From Bdellovibrionales bacterium (GTDB taxonomy: Bacteria; Bdellovibrionota; Bdellovibrionia; Bdellovibrionales; JAGQZY01), in NCBI GenBank assembly GCA_964230645.1, contig CAXRHT010000002.1, forward strand, positions 256,001-320,000: a DNA stretch of 64,000 nucleotides, read 5' to 3'. Positions 38,015 to 48,311 of the stretch are shown here, piece by piece. Below the pieces are notes generated by a model that saw nothing but the letters and a program-made list of their open reading frames with translations, had not been told where the DNA came from and made no database searches. Position 1 is the stretch's first letter. Every line of letters starts with the position of its first letter. Made by a program: the position numbers and the translations under genes.

Positions 38015-38620
38015 ATGAAAATATCAATGGTTGCTTTTCTTGTTGTAACTCTTCTTCCCTTCTCTGCCTTCAGTCGCGATGAGGGAGGCCTTTTCGTTGA
38101 GCCAGGATTAACTTACCAGGTGAGTGAATCCCAAATTGACTACCCAGCCCCCTTATCAAGTTCCAAAGCCGATAACAATGGATTGGGGGTGATGGCCCGC
38201 CTTGGCTTTCATATCAGTGAGAGTTTTTTCCTAGCGGCTGACGGACGCTACAGCTGGCTTGATTTTGACGATGACGACAACAATTTTAAAACGGATGCGG
38301 TTGCCTACAATTTAGCGCCCGTTCTTGGCCTGCAAATGTCTGAATTTGGCCTAAGAATCTGGGGCTCCTATATCTTAACAGGCCAGATGGACCTTGAAGA
38401 AAATGGCGGCAATGATTTTATGTTTTCCGATGCCAGTGGTTACCGGATCGGTGCAGGCTTTCGCCTTTTTTCTCTATCCTTAAACCTCGAGTACGAAGAT
38501 CTTAGCTATGGCACAAGCGAGTATACCAGTTCCACTGGCTCTATTGTGGGATCCTCTTCGAACCTAAATCTGGACACCGAGTCCTATATATTGAGTGTGA
38601 GTTTCCCGCTTGAACTTTAA
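38015..38620 (+). CDS. Outer-membrane beta-barrel (porin-family) protein
   Basis: Signal peptide, GLFVEPG, alternating beta-strand pattern, C-terminal LSVSFPL. Confidence 0.8.
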   Translation: MKISMVAFLVVTLLPFSAFSRDEGGLFVEPGLTYQVSESQIDYPAPLSSSKADNNGLGVMARLGFHISESFFLAADGRYSWLDFDDDDNNFKTDAVAYNLAPVLGLQMSEFGLRIWGSYILTGQMDLEENGGNDFMFSDASGYRIGAGFRLFSLSLNLEYEDLSYGTSEYTSSTGSIVGSSSNLNLDTESYILSVSFPLEL

Positions 38621-39443
38621 TCTCTACACCCTCTTACTAACGCCCTTTTTGGTGATCGCCTGTGCCTCAGCTCCTGAGGCCACAAATTCGCGCCAGCCTC
38701 AAGAAGATAAGGGGCAATACGAAATCAGCGAGGAAAAAGGGGCCTACGAGCAAATTGATAAAAAGGATCCGCCGCCAACTGTGGTAAAGTCTGACAAAGA
38801 GGATTATAACGATCCTCTTGAATACATTATCAACAGGCCCTTTAATTATTTTAATCATTATTTATACTCCTACCTGCTAACCCCACTGGCGGAAGGCTAC
38901 ATATACATTACGCCGATTTCTGTGGACCAGAGCCTTGGGCAATTTTTTTCGAACATCCGTGAGCCTCTTTACTCAGCCAACTTTTTATTGCAAGGCGAGT
39001 TTTCAAAATCCGCTCAAAGTTTACTTCGACTTGTGGTGAACTCCACTATCGGTGTTTTTGGCTTTTTTGATGTGGCCGAGGATTGGTTCGGAATTGAAGA
39101 TCGTCGAACCACCTTAAATGAAACCCTTGCTTCTTACGGAGTAGACTATGGTGTTTATATTGTTCTGCCAGTGCTAGGGCCCTCTCACCTGCGAGACACC
39201 TTGTCTGTTGGGGCTGGCTATTATTACCATCCCCTCAACTTGGTCGAAGATCCCATAACCCAACGCGCCCTCTTTTTCGTGGAAGGTTTTCAAGAGGAAG
39301 CCCCAAGACTGAAAGCCTACCCTAAAGTGGTTGAAGACAGTCCTGATCGCTATGAAATGATTCGAAACTTTTATCTACAAAACCAGATGCGAGATGCAAA
39401 AATTCTTAGGGACAAGCGATTTAAAAAAGTGGTAGAGGAATAA
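38610..39443 (+). CDS. mlaA: VacJ/MlaA family lipoprotein
   Basis: IAC lipobox, DPLE..NR..FN, NSTIGVFGFFDVA and YIVLPVLGPSHLRD. Confidence 0.9.
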   Translation: MNFNLYTLLLTPFLVIACASAPEATNSRQPQEDKGQYEISEEKGAYEQIDKKDPPPTVVKSDKEDYNDPLEYIINRPFNYFNHYLYSYLLTPLAEGYIYITPISVDQSLGQFFSNIREPLYSANFLLQGEFSKSAQSLLRLVVNSTIGVFGFFDVAEDWFGIEDRRTTLNETLASYGVDYGVYIVLPVLGPSHLRDTLSVGAGYYYHPLNLVEDPITQRALFFVEGFQEEAPRLKAYPKVVEDSPDRYEMIRNFYLQNQMRDAKILRDKRFKKVVEE

Positions 39444-39446
39444 ACC

Positions 39447-41819
39447 TTGAGTCGTAAACTAGCTTTCCTTATTTCATTGGTTTTTTTGACAGTCTTTGCT
39501 TTTCTTGGATGGCAGGCCCAGAAGTTTGAAATCGATGCCTCAGCCGAAACTCTACTCACAAAAGACAATAAAAAGTTTATTTTTTCTGAAATCATCGCCA
39601 AACGCTATGACCCGCAGGAATTTATCCTTATTGCTCTAAAATCCCCTTCTAATGAGATTTTCTCAGAAAAAAATTTGAACCGCATCGACAGGATCTCCCA
39701 GGAGATTGAAAAGATAGCACGGGTCAAACAAGTGAATAGCTTAGTCAATGCCCCCATCTTTCTTGAAGCCAACCTCATGGGAGGCCGTCTTGACCAAGAC
39801 AATCTCTCCTGGAAAGAGCGTAAATACCCGGCCGACTACCTCCAGAAGAATTTAAGGAGCCATCCTCTTTACGAAGGCCTTCTTGTCAACGAGGAGCAGA
39901 CAGCCCTTGGGATGCAGGTGGTGTTTAAAACGCCGAAGGATTTAGAGAACATCAACAATGAAATCACTTCTATTAGGGCCCATCGTCTCAATCGAGAGCT
40001 AAAACAGTCGGAGACGAAAAAGCTCGAAAAATTAATGGAAAGAAAAGACAAGATCGGCAAAGAACTTTCCAAAAAAAGACGTCAAGAAATCAACCAAATA
40101 AAAAATATTCTAGCAAAACACGCGGACAAAAAAGACGTTTACATGGGCGGGAATAATCTCCTTGTCTACCAGCTCATTTCGATCATTCAAAATGACTTAA
40201 AAGTTTTTGGAATTGCTATTGTTTTGATTATTAGCATTTTGCTCTTTTTATTTTTCAGGCGCTTGGCCTGGGTTTTAATGCCACTGGCCTGCTGTTTTAC
40301 AGCCATTGTTATGACCATGGGACTTTTGGGCTTTTTTGAACTAAAGGTGACGGTGATCTCAGCCAACGTGATCTCCCTTCAAATCATTCTGACTCTTGCC
40401 ATTATCATTCATATGATTGAACAGTTTCGAGAAATTGACCGCGAGGAAAAAGGCAAAGACTTAGGCGAAAAAGTCGAGCAAATGGTTAAAGAGAAATTAA
40501 AACCCTGTTTTTATGCGGGTCTTACAACCAGTGTTGGTTTTGCCTCCCTTATTTTTAGTGGGGTGCAACCGGTTATTACTTTTGGATGGATGATGATTTT
40601 GGCCATGATCGTCACTCTGAGCGTGGGGCTGGTGCTCTTTCCGGCCATGGTTCGCCTTTTCATCAGAAAAGATCGAGAAAACCGTAAGGTGGCCTGGGTC
40701 GAGGGCCTAATGAAAGCCTTTGGTAAAATGTCGGTAGGCTTTCCTAAAAGCATTGTCTTTTTTAGCCTCCTATTAACAGGCCTTGGTGTCTATGGCTGTT
40801 TTTTCTTAACGGCTGAGAACAGTTTTATTAATTATTTCTCTGACCAAACCGAAGTGCATCGCGAACTTAGTTTCATCGATAAAGATTTCGGCGGTTCGAC
40901 GGCCTTAGACATTCTTTATAACGTCCCCAAGCAGAAACAAGAAAAACAGCTTATCTTGACGGCCGAGGCCGTACAGCACGTCGGCAAAATCCATCGCCAT
41001 CTCGCAGAGAAAAAGGAAATCGGAAGCGTTACATCGTTGTATGATTTCACCACCGTTGCCCGCGTGGTTCGTGAAAAACCAATGACCGAATACGAACTCA
41101 CCTTCTTTGTAAAGATGATGGACGAAGACTTAAAAGAGAGTCTTCTTGGCTCCTACTTCTCTGAAAAACACAACCAAGTGCGCATCAGTACCCGGGTTAA
41201 GGACTCCACCGAGAATTTCGACCGCGAGAAGTTTATTAATAATCTCAAACAAGAGTTTAGAGATATGGGTTACGGCAAAGAAGAAGTGCAAATGACAGGC
41301 CTATTCGTTCTCTACCAAGATATCTTAGCACGTCTCCTTAACTCCCAGATCAACACTCTGGCCATCGTTTATCTCGTGATGATTATCGTTTTATGGATTA
41401 TTTTTTCTTCTCTAAAAATTGCTCTTTTAGCCATGGTCCCGAATGTCTTAACCACAGCTATCACTTTGGGCTTTATGGGTTTTATGGGAATCCCCTTAGA
41501 CTTAATGACAATGACCATTGCTGCCGTTGCCATGGGTATATCGGTGGATGATACCATTCATTATGTCCATCGCTACCTTAAGGAAAACAAAAAACACGAT
41601 CCCGATAAAGCCGTTTTAAGAGCTCACTCCAGTGTCGGTCATGCCTTATTTTATACGACAGGAATTATTATTATTGGCTTTGGCTCTATGGTCTTTTCAG
41701 ACTTCGTCCCCACCATTTACTTTGGACTTCTCACTGGTATGGCGATGCTGATCGCCCTTCTTTCAGATGTCATCACACTCCCCGTTTTACTCAAAAAATT
41801 TGTGAACAATCGTTCATAA
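39447..41819 (+). CDS. MMPL/RND-superfamily lipid transporter
   Basis: IDASAETL, LTTSVGFASL, AMGISVDDTIH; two TM blocks. Confidence 0.92.
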   Translation: MSRKLAFLISLVFLTVFAFLGWQAQKFEIDASAETLLTKDNKKFIFSEIIAKRYDPQEFILIALKSPSNEIFSEKNLNRIDRISQEIEKIARVKQVNSLVNAPIFLEANLMGGRLDQDNLSWKERKYPADYLQKNLRSHPLYEGLLVNEEQTALGMQVVFKTPKDLENINNEITSIRAHRLNRELKQSETKKLEKLMERKDKIGKELSKKRRQEINQIKNILAKHADKKDVYMGGNNLLVYQLISIIQNDLKVFGIAIVLIISILLFLFFRRLAWVLMPLACCFTAIVMTMGLLGFFELKVTVISANVISLQIILTLAIIIHMIEQFREIDREEKGKDLGEKVEQMVKEKLKPCFYAGLTTSVGFASLIFSGVQPVITFGWMMILAMIVTLSVGLVLFPAMVRLFIRKDRENRKVAWVEGLMKAFGKMSVGFPKSIVFFSLLLTGLGVYGCFFLTAENSFINYFSDQTEVHRELSFIDKDFGGSTALDILYNVPKQKQEKQLILTAEAVQHVGKIHRHLAEKKEIGSVTSLYDFTTVARVVREKPMTEYELTFFVKMMDEDLKESLLGSYFSEKHNQVRISTRVKDSTENFDREKFINNLKQEFRDMGYGKEEVQMTGLFVLYQDILARLLNSQINTLAIVYLVMIIVLWIIFSSLKIALLAMVPNVLTTAITLGFMGFMGIPLDLMTMTIAAVAMGISVDDTIHYVHRYLKENKKHDPDKAVLRAHSSVGHALFYTTGIIIIGFGSMVFSDFVPTIYFGLLTGMAMLIALLSDVITLPVLLKKFVNNRS

Positions 41820-41986
41820 TTGACCTTAAAAAGTTTAAATCTCTAAACAAAATCCTGAGCTTAAGGCTTGTTTTCTGGATTTTTATCCAGCTCCAGCCAG
41901 TCATTTCTATACCAATTTGAGACTTCGGCCCATTGTGTCATTTTCCCCAATCTCCGATCCTAAAACCTACAACTTGAAGGGGGACT

Positions 41987-42727
41987 TTGATGAAACAATT
42001 TATTTCTATTTTGGCGTTGTTATTAATGTTTTCGGGAGCTCAAGCCAGTGACCTCGAAAAACTTCCTGACATCGCACCGAATCTAGAAGACCAACAGAGT
42101 GAAGAAGAAATACAACAAATTGAAGAGCAGCTCCAAATTGATTTTGAAGACATGGTGGAGCCAACCGACCTTGAAATTCAATCCATAGAATATGAGAGAG
42201 CCTATGGTCACATCGATCCTTATGGGGCTATTCCTCGCGACCTTTTAAACAAGGCTTTGGCGTTTTTTGATCGCAATAAAAGTCGTTTCTCCAACCAAAG
42301 ATATATTACTGTGGTGGATTACTCAAAACGATCCAACCTAAAGAGATTCTTTGTGGTCAATATGTCTTCTGGGACCGTCTATGGTATTCGCACCGCACAC
42401 GGTAGTGGTGGAGACAAAGACAATGACGGTTATGTTGAGTCCGTAAGTAATGTTGTTAACTCTCATAAGAGCTCGAAAGGCTACTATAAGGTTTCCGAAA
42501 TTTATTACGGAAAGTATGGACGCTCCATTCGTCTTGACGGACTTTCAAGCTCTAATTCCAATGTTCGTCGCCGAGCGATCGTTGTGCATGGCTCTGACTA
42601 CGTTAAGGAAGCTAATAAGATTCAAGGTCGAAGCTGGGGTTGTTTTGCCCTTTCATGGTCAGTTAAAGATGATATTGTTGATATGATCAATGGTGGCAGC
42701 CTTTTGTACGCCGATTATTCGCGCTAA
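41987..42727 (+). CDS. Murein L,D-transpeptidase catalytic domain family protein (YkuD_2-like)
   Basis: VDYSKRSN..RFFV, AHGSG, SHKSSKG, RAIVVHG and GRSWGCFA; signal peptide. Confidence 0.9.
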   Translation: MMKQFISILALLLMFSGAQASDLEKLPDIAPNLEDQQSEEEIQQIEEQLQIDFEDMVEPTDLEIQSIEYERAYGHIDPYGAIPRDLLNKALAFFDRNKSRFSNQRYITVVDYSKRSNLKRFFVVNMSSGTVYGIRTAHGSGGDKDNDGYVESVSNVVNSHKSSKGYYKVSEIYYGKYGRSIRLDGLSSSNSNVRRRAIVVHGSDYVKEANKIQGRSWGCFALSWSVKDDIVDMINGGSLLYADYSR

Positions 42728-42744
42728 ATAATAGAGAATTTGGT

Positions 42745-42782
42745 AAAAAAAAAAGCCAAGGACCAACCTTGGCTTTTCTTTT
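42745..42782. terminator. Bidirectional intrinsic terminator
   Basis: AAAAGCCAAGG-ACCAA-CCTTGGCTTTT flanked by A and T runs, between convergent genes. Confidence 0.8.
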
Positions 42783-42800
42783 ATCCTTTTCGAGTCTTGT

Positions 42801-44582
42801 TTAAAGAGGCCTTGAGTAAGAAGCTCCTCCACTAATCCAAGCCTTACGCTGACGATCGGGGCAATAGTAAGGTGAACCCGCACTTCTATTAGGGCGATCT
42901 GTGGCAGTGTCTACGACATACCAACCTGTACGAGGATCTTGCGCGATGACTCGAACACGAGTTCCTGAAGTGTAATTTCCGCAAGGGGGCACATTGGTCT
43001 CACCGGCATTAAGGCGAACGTTTAAAGAGCCCACAGTGATCACACGAGTGTGAGGTTTAAATGAACCTTGCTGGGGTGGAGTTGGTGGAGGATTGCCACC
43101 ACCACTACCACCGTTGGCTCTTTTACCCACTCCTCTACCCTGTTCAAGGGGGATAATTTGAACACCACTTAAACGCTGAGCTAATAGCCTTGTCGTCGCC
43201 ACTGTTTTTGAATGGATGTCATGAAGGAGAATAATTCCTCCTGAGCGCGTGGCCATTTGTTTGCGAATACGGTTGTAGATACTCTCTGGACTTGGATCCT
43301 TCCAGTCGAGGCTATCAACATTCCAAAAGAAATGCTCCATTCCAAGACCTGCAATGGTTTGCTGAACTCGGCCTGAGTTTGTACCAGCGCCATAAGGGAG
43401 TCTAAAGAAGTTTAGTCTTACACCATAAACGGCCTCTAGATCACTTTTTGATTGCACGATCTCTCTTTGTAAATTCGCCCTAGCTTTTCCAAGATTGGCG
43501 TGACTGTAAGAGTGGTTGGCAAGCCCCATGCCCATGCTTTTGGCTTTATTCACAACCGCTCGATTCGATGAGGAACGCGCGTTTTGAGCAAGCCAGAAAA
43601 AGGTCGCATGCCATTTTTTTTGAGCCAAAATATCGAGAATTTGATTGGTGGTTGAGGCCTTCGGACCGTCATCATAGGTCAAAGCCCAATGCCCCGACTT
43701 AAAAGAATTTCCGGTGTGATTTTTCCAGGCACTTTGAGGCGTTCTTTCAGGGATCAAGCTCATCAGACTATCCAGGTCAGGATGATCAGGGATAGCCGTT
43801 GAGGCCTGGGCTTCTCTTTTCAACTGATCCATTTTATCTTCATAATAAATGGTGAGGTCATCGGTTTTTCCTCTAAGGATATCCGAAGGACTAAAATCTT
43901 TTCCAGCAAGTTCTGACCACTCAAGAGCCGCCGCTTCTCTGAGTTTAAACAGTTCAATAGCCACCTCGTAGGAAATTACTCCTTCCGTGTCTGTGTTGAC
44001 ATTGATCAGATCACGCAGTTCTACGTCCCATTTATTTTTAATGGCCCGAGCGGCTTGCGCCCACTCATCTCTTTGCTCATCACTGCTGGCGCTAGCAAGT
44101 TGATTTTCGGTGGCTTCATAAACAATTTCCAAGCTATCATCTTGAGAGTTACCTAAATCAAGGAGTCTTTTATAGTAATAAGCCAGGCGATCTTTCTGGC
44201 GCTCAATAATAATTCGTGAGGCGAGCAGCTTCCTATAACTGGGTAAATTCAAAGGGTCTTCACACGTGGCATTAGCCCCTTCACTCTGACGTTTTTCCTC
44301 ACACTCTGTGGCGATTCTATCGAGTTCTTGGTCAAAGAGATCCAAGTAGTAATAAGCTCTTTTAATGATTTGCAAGTTAGTTTGAGCAAAAGGCTCTAAG
44401 ATTTTGTCATCGGGGTTGCTAGTGAGCGCTTGTTCAAAAAGATTCAGAAAAGACTCTTCGAATTCTTCTTCCTCAACATTGGCAACGCTTCGATCTCCAC
44501 TGTCTTTTGGAACCGAACTGCAGTGACTCGATACCAGTAAAACTGTTAGTAGACCTACAATAGAACCTAAAAACGACTTCAT
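42801..44582 (-). CDS. Polysaccharide (peptidoglycan) deacetylase lipoprotein with helical N-domain and C-terminal SH3b-like domain
   Basis: SSHC lipobox, LTYDDGP, NHSYSH, FRLPYG, WNVDSLDW and LLHDIH; C-terminal SLNVR..GWY. Confidence 0.88.
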   Translation of the reverse strand: MKSFLGSIVGLLTVLLVSSHCSSVPKDSGDRSVANVEEEEFEESFLNLFEQALTSNPDDKILEPFAQTNLQIIKRAYYYLDLFDQELDRIATECEEKRQSEGANATCEDPLNLPSYRKLLASRIIIERQKDRLAYYYKRLLDLGNSQDDSLEIVYEATENQLASASSDEQRDEWAQAARAIKNKWDVELRDLINVNTDTEGVISYEVAIELFKLREAAALEWSELAGKDFSPSDILRGKTDDLTIYYEDKMDQLKREAQASTAIPDHPDLDSLMSLIPERTPQSAWKNHTGNSFKSGHWALTYDDGPKASTTNQILDILAQKKWHATFFWLAQNARSSSNRAVVNKAKSMGMGLANHSYSHANLGKARANLQREIVQSKSDLEAVYGVRLNFFRLPYGAGTNSGRVQQTIAGLGMEHFFWNVDSLDWKDPSPESIYNRIRKQMATRSGGIILLHDIHSKTVATTRLLAQRLSGVQIIPLEQGRGVGKRANGGSGGGNPPPTPPQQGSFKPHTRVITVGSLNVRLNAGETNVPPCGNYTSGTRVRVIAQDPRTGWYVVDTATDRPNRSAGSPYYCPDRQRKAWISGGASYSRPL

Positions 44583-44755
44583 ACCCTCTCCCCTCAATTC
44601 AATAGGATTTCTTGTATAAGTTATCGTTTAAAGATCCTTAAAACATTAAGGATTTTGACTTTAAGACCTTAGTCGTTCTCTGGTTTAAGTCGCAAAGAGC
44701 GGATAAGATCCAACAACAATTATGTTACATAGTATAGAAAAAAACGGGTTTAACT

Positions 44756-46129
44756 TTAGTCACCAAACTCAATACCGCCATCGTCGTCTTCAGAAGTAGA
44801 TGTACAGATACTCTCCATACAAGCCCGAAGGGTGTCGCGTATATCTCCAGAAAGAAGACATTGGCTGACTTGACGTCGTTCACGCTCGGACTGACATTGC
44901 CTCTCTGGAAGCGGAACCCCACCTAAGGTGTTAGCCGCTTTGACTGCGAAAGCATTGCTATTCACCATTCTCTGGGAAATCACAGGCTCGGCGTGCATAT
45001 AACCGAAGATGCGAGTCACAACCTCATCAGGTGTACTATGACCACCGCGAAAACGGTTATCCACCAATACTTCCGTTGTCCGTCCAATTCGGTCAATTTG
45101 GCTAAAAAAGTTATTGGAGAAAGCTGAGTTTTCATTGGTTTGCAAAACCGCACTTCTTCTGAAAATTTGATTGTCAGTAACGTGGCAGCTAGCACAATCC
45201 GTGTTGTGATCGTTGGTGGTCACTGGATTGAAAATAGCCGTGTGAATGTCGGGATTGTTAAAATTGTCGTCAAACAAATTAAACTGAATGCTCCGATCAC
45301 GAGCCACATTGGTGGTCAGTCTTTGATTTTCATTAAAGCTTAGAGTCACTAAATTTTCACGTCCACCGGTCGGAAGAGTCGTATGTTCCCAATTTCCGCT
45401 GAGCCCAACCTCTCCAGCTAGAAAATGCCAAATACCGATATTTAAACTCCCGTTGGTATTGCGCCCAAGGCCCATGAAAGTGATGACTTTTGGTCTCTGG
45501 GTGGCCACAAACTTTGCGAAAATTGAGTTTTTTATGAATTCAAAATAGGTACTACTAAAAGCGGAATTACTGAGAACAGGATGAGGCTGCAAAGGTTGAT
45601 TCTCATTGAGGCCGCCACTGAGAAGGTTTAAGGCTCTAAAGCTTGCGAGAATCTCAGAATTTTGGGGTTCGTTTCCAGAATTGTACTCATAAATGACATG
45701 CAAAGAGTAGTCTCTAAAAGTCAGCCCATTTCCATCACGCTGGGTCGGTTGAAAAATAAAACGGATCTGCTCCCTACAGGGGTTTATTTCACCTGCAAAG
45801 TGTATACAGGGAGAATATCGGAAGCCCACAAGAAGCCAATTATTAGGATTCTGAACCCCAGTCCTGTGGTCTTGGTCGATAAACACTCCCACACGATTGG
45901 CGGCCGACAACACCCTCGAAAAGTTTCCTTGGCTAATAATCCCTATCTCTTGATCCGAGGCTCTGACCACCTGGCGAGGAATGTTTCGATTGGACTCTAA
46001 AGGCATAAGAAAAGCTAGGTCATTGGCACTGAGCTCGCTCGCGGGAGCCTGTTCAGTGGCCTCATCACTTTTATTACACGCCTGAAGCGCAACTAGACAT
46101 AATAATACAAATAAGATCCGCATACCCAT
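44756..46129 (-). CDS. Lipoprotein with a single CxxCH heme-c motif (hypothetical)
   Basis: LQAC lipobox, CASCH, further Cys residues. Confidence 0.7.
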   Translation of the reverse strand: MGMRILFVLLCLVALQACNKSDEATEQAPASELSANDLAFLMPLESNRNIPRQVVRASDQEIGIISQGNFSRVLSAANRVGVFIDQDHRTGVQNPNNWLLVGFRYSPCIHFAGEINPCREQIRFIFQPTQRDGNGLTFRDYSLHVIYEYNSGNEPQNSEILASFRALNLLSGGLNENQPLQPHPVLSNSAFSSTYFEFIKNSIFAKFVATQRPKVITFMGLGRNTNGSLNIGIWHFLAGEVGLSGNWEHTTLPTGGRENLVTLSFNENQRLTTNVARDRSIQFNLFDDNFNNPDIHTAIFNPVTTNDHNTDCASCHVTDNQIFRRSAVLQTNENSAFSNNFFSQIDRIGRTTEVLVDNRFRGGHSTPDEVVTRIFGYMHAEPVISQRMVNSNAFAVKAANTLGGVPLPERQCQSERERRQVSQCLLSGDIRDTLRACMESICTSTSEDDDGGIEFGD

Positions 46130-46212
46130 GGGAAAGCTATACCGCCTCGGGCGCAACTTTACAATGCGGCGTGTAAATTCTATCGAATCTTTGCCCCAAC
46201 ACTGTCTATTTT

Positions 46213-47355
46213 TTAGCCAGACGGCAGCAGATGCTCTTCTTGGTACTGGGAGGGCGTCATCCCTGTGTATCGCTTAAAGGCCGTATTAAAAGCCGATTTG
46301 CTGTTGAAGCCAGCTTCATAGGCCATATCAATAATATTCTTATCGGCCGAATCCTCTTGTTTGAGGAGGTGTTTAACGTATTCGATGCGGTAGCTACTCA
46401 AAAGTTCGAAGAAGCTGGTATCAAGACCTATATTAATCACCTGCGAGAGTTGATAAGCGGGTATCCCCACTTTTTTAGCCAACTGGGCGGAGTTCAAAGT
46501 GGGGGACTTAAAAATCTTTTCTTGTTCAAAAAGATATTTAATTTTTAAAGAGAGTTTGGCTAATCGCTCCTCATCGAGGTTGGAGTTTTGATATTTTTCT
46601 TGGGACTCTTCCTCCTCTTGTGGTTCTTCACTGGTTTCGATGAAGTACTCTTCTAAGGTCAACGAATTCATTCGGAAGGCTTCAAATAGATTCGACAAGA
46701 AAATAAGAGGAACGAAAAAATCAAAGGTGAAAGATAAAAAGAAATTTTCCACGAAAGCCGAGGCAATGGTGAAAATAAGACCAATAATAAAAAAGACGTC
46801 CTGAGAGGATTTTAGCACCGTTCGCAATAAAACAAGGGCTGAAAAACTCGATACAACAGCTGAACAGGTCAGAACCCGACTCACATAGGGTTGGGGCATG
46901 CCGATGAAACTTGAGTAGGAATTGATAAAGTAGTTGTCGACCTCAAGAAAGCTTTTCGGGTCAAAATAAAGATCGATACCCCAAATCAATCGGCTGGGCA
47001 CTCCTAAAAGGGCCGCCAGTGATAATATTAAAAACGTTATCAAAGTTGGTTTATAAACCCACTTGGGCATTGTGATAAAAAAGCTTACAGACCGAAAATA
47101 AAAGAACAAAGAAAGACAAAGTGAGACTGTAGAAACCATGACATAGTAATGGGAATACAAAGGATCAAAAAGACGTGACTGAACAAAGAAATGTTCGAGA
47201 GCAAATAGTCCTGCAAAAAAACTAAAGGCTGCTATCATTAATGATCGTCGGTATTGAGTTTTACAGTAGATAGATATCTGACTGATACAGATCAAGAACA
47301 AAAATAAGGCGCAGGCTATCCCAATACCAGGAATTATACTAATTAGTAACTTCAT
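46213..47355 (-). CDS. Membrane-anchored AraC-family regulator
   Basis: About 7 TM segments, then LSQVIN..F..YRIE and AYEAGFNSKSAFNTAFKRYTGMTPSQY. Confidence 0.92.
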   Translation of the reverse strand: MKLLISIIPGIGIACALFLFLICISQISIYCKTQYRRSLMIAAFSFFAGLFALEHFFVQSRLFDPLYSHYYVMVSTVSLCLSLFFYFRSVSFFITMPKWVYKPTLITFLILSLAALLGVPSRLIWGIDLYFDPKSFLEVDNYFINSYSSFIGMPQPYVSRVLTCSAVVSSFSALVLLRTVLKSSQDVFFIIGLIFTIASAFVENFFLSFTFDFFVPLIFLSNLFEAFRMNSLTLEEYFIETSEEPQEEEESQEKYQNSNLDEERLAKLSLKIKYLFEQEKIFKSPTLNSAQLAKKVGIPAYQLSQVINIGLDTSFFELLSSYRIEYVKHLLKQEDSADKNIIDMAYEAGFNSKSAFNTAFKRYTGMTPSQYQEEHLLPSG

Positions 47356-47408
47356 GGTTGGAACTATTTACCACAACACCCAATCCCGTTCATTAAAAAA
47401 AATGATGA

Positions 47409-48257
47409 TTATACTTTAAGCTTAATCTCTGAAAGGTTGAAGTGGCGATCCACCCCAACACAGGCCCCAAAAGGTAAAGAGGTCCAAATGTTTTCATTCT
47501 TTATCACCTCTGAACTTATCAGTAAGTGATGAACTTGATCGCCCATCTGTGCTTTTTTTTCACAGAGCGAGTGATAAAAAGAACAGGAGTCCCTTTCTGA
47601 ACAACGTTTTTTATGAGTACTAAAAAAGAGGGGCTGCCCACCCTGCACAGCATACATTAAACTTCCGTTGGTCAAAATAAAGGTGAGATAGTTTTTATCG
47701 TAATCGCCTTTGGATTCTCGAAGAGGACCAATCACTTCGGTGGCTTGATCTATAAAAGCTTGAAAAATTTCTTTGGGAGAAAACACGGCCTCTTTTTCCT
47801 GGAGCAAACCTTTTGACTTGATAATTGTTAACAAGAGATAAAACAGATGCTCGCTATCGGTTTCTCCAAGAATAAATTTCCTAAGGTCTGGATCAATCTT
47901 TTGTAAAAGTGCTTCTCGACACTTCTCAAAATTTTCAACATTGCCGTTATGTGCAAAAACCCAAGGTCCGAACTGAAAGGGATGAGTATTCAGTGGACCC
48001 ACCGGTCCCACTGTGGATTTTCTAATATGAGTGATCACAGTGTTGGACGAGACGACCCCTGAGACCTTTTCAAAGATTTTACACTCCCTGGCCTGAGAGT
48101 CGTTTTTTACCAGGTGAGGGCTTCCCATGTTGAAATAAGCCACACCCCAGCCATCCGGGTGTCTTTCGCTTTGCTCAACGATCGCATTATCAGCATCAAG
48201 AAGACTACGATGCACTCCGCTTTGTAGAATGGAACGAAATCCAAAAATTCGGCACAT
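47409..48257 (-). CDS. Class II glutamine amidotransferase (YafJ/EgtC-like)
   Basis: N-terminal MCRIFG, HPDGWG, HIRKST, NTHPF, HNG and GETDSE. Confidence 0.92.
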   Translation of the reverse strand: MCRIFGFRSILQSGVHRSLLDADNAIVEQSERHPDGWGVAYFNMGSPHLVKNDSQARECKIFEKVSGVVSSNTVITHIRKSTVGPVGPLNTHPFQFGPWVFAHNGNVENFEKCREALLQKIDPDLRKFILGETDSEHLFYLLLTIIKSKGLLQEKEAVFSPKEIFQAFIDQATEVIGPLRESKGDYDKNYLTFILTNGSLMYAVQGGQPLFFSTHKKRCSERDSCSFYHSLCEKKAQMGDQVHHLLISSEVIKNENIWTSLPFGACVGVDRHFNLSEIKLKV

Positions 48258-48311
48258 AATTTAGTATAGCTCAATTGACTCCATAGCCCCAAGCCCCATA
48301 CAATCAAGTCT

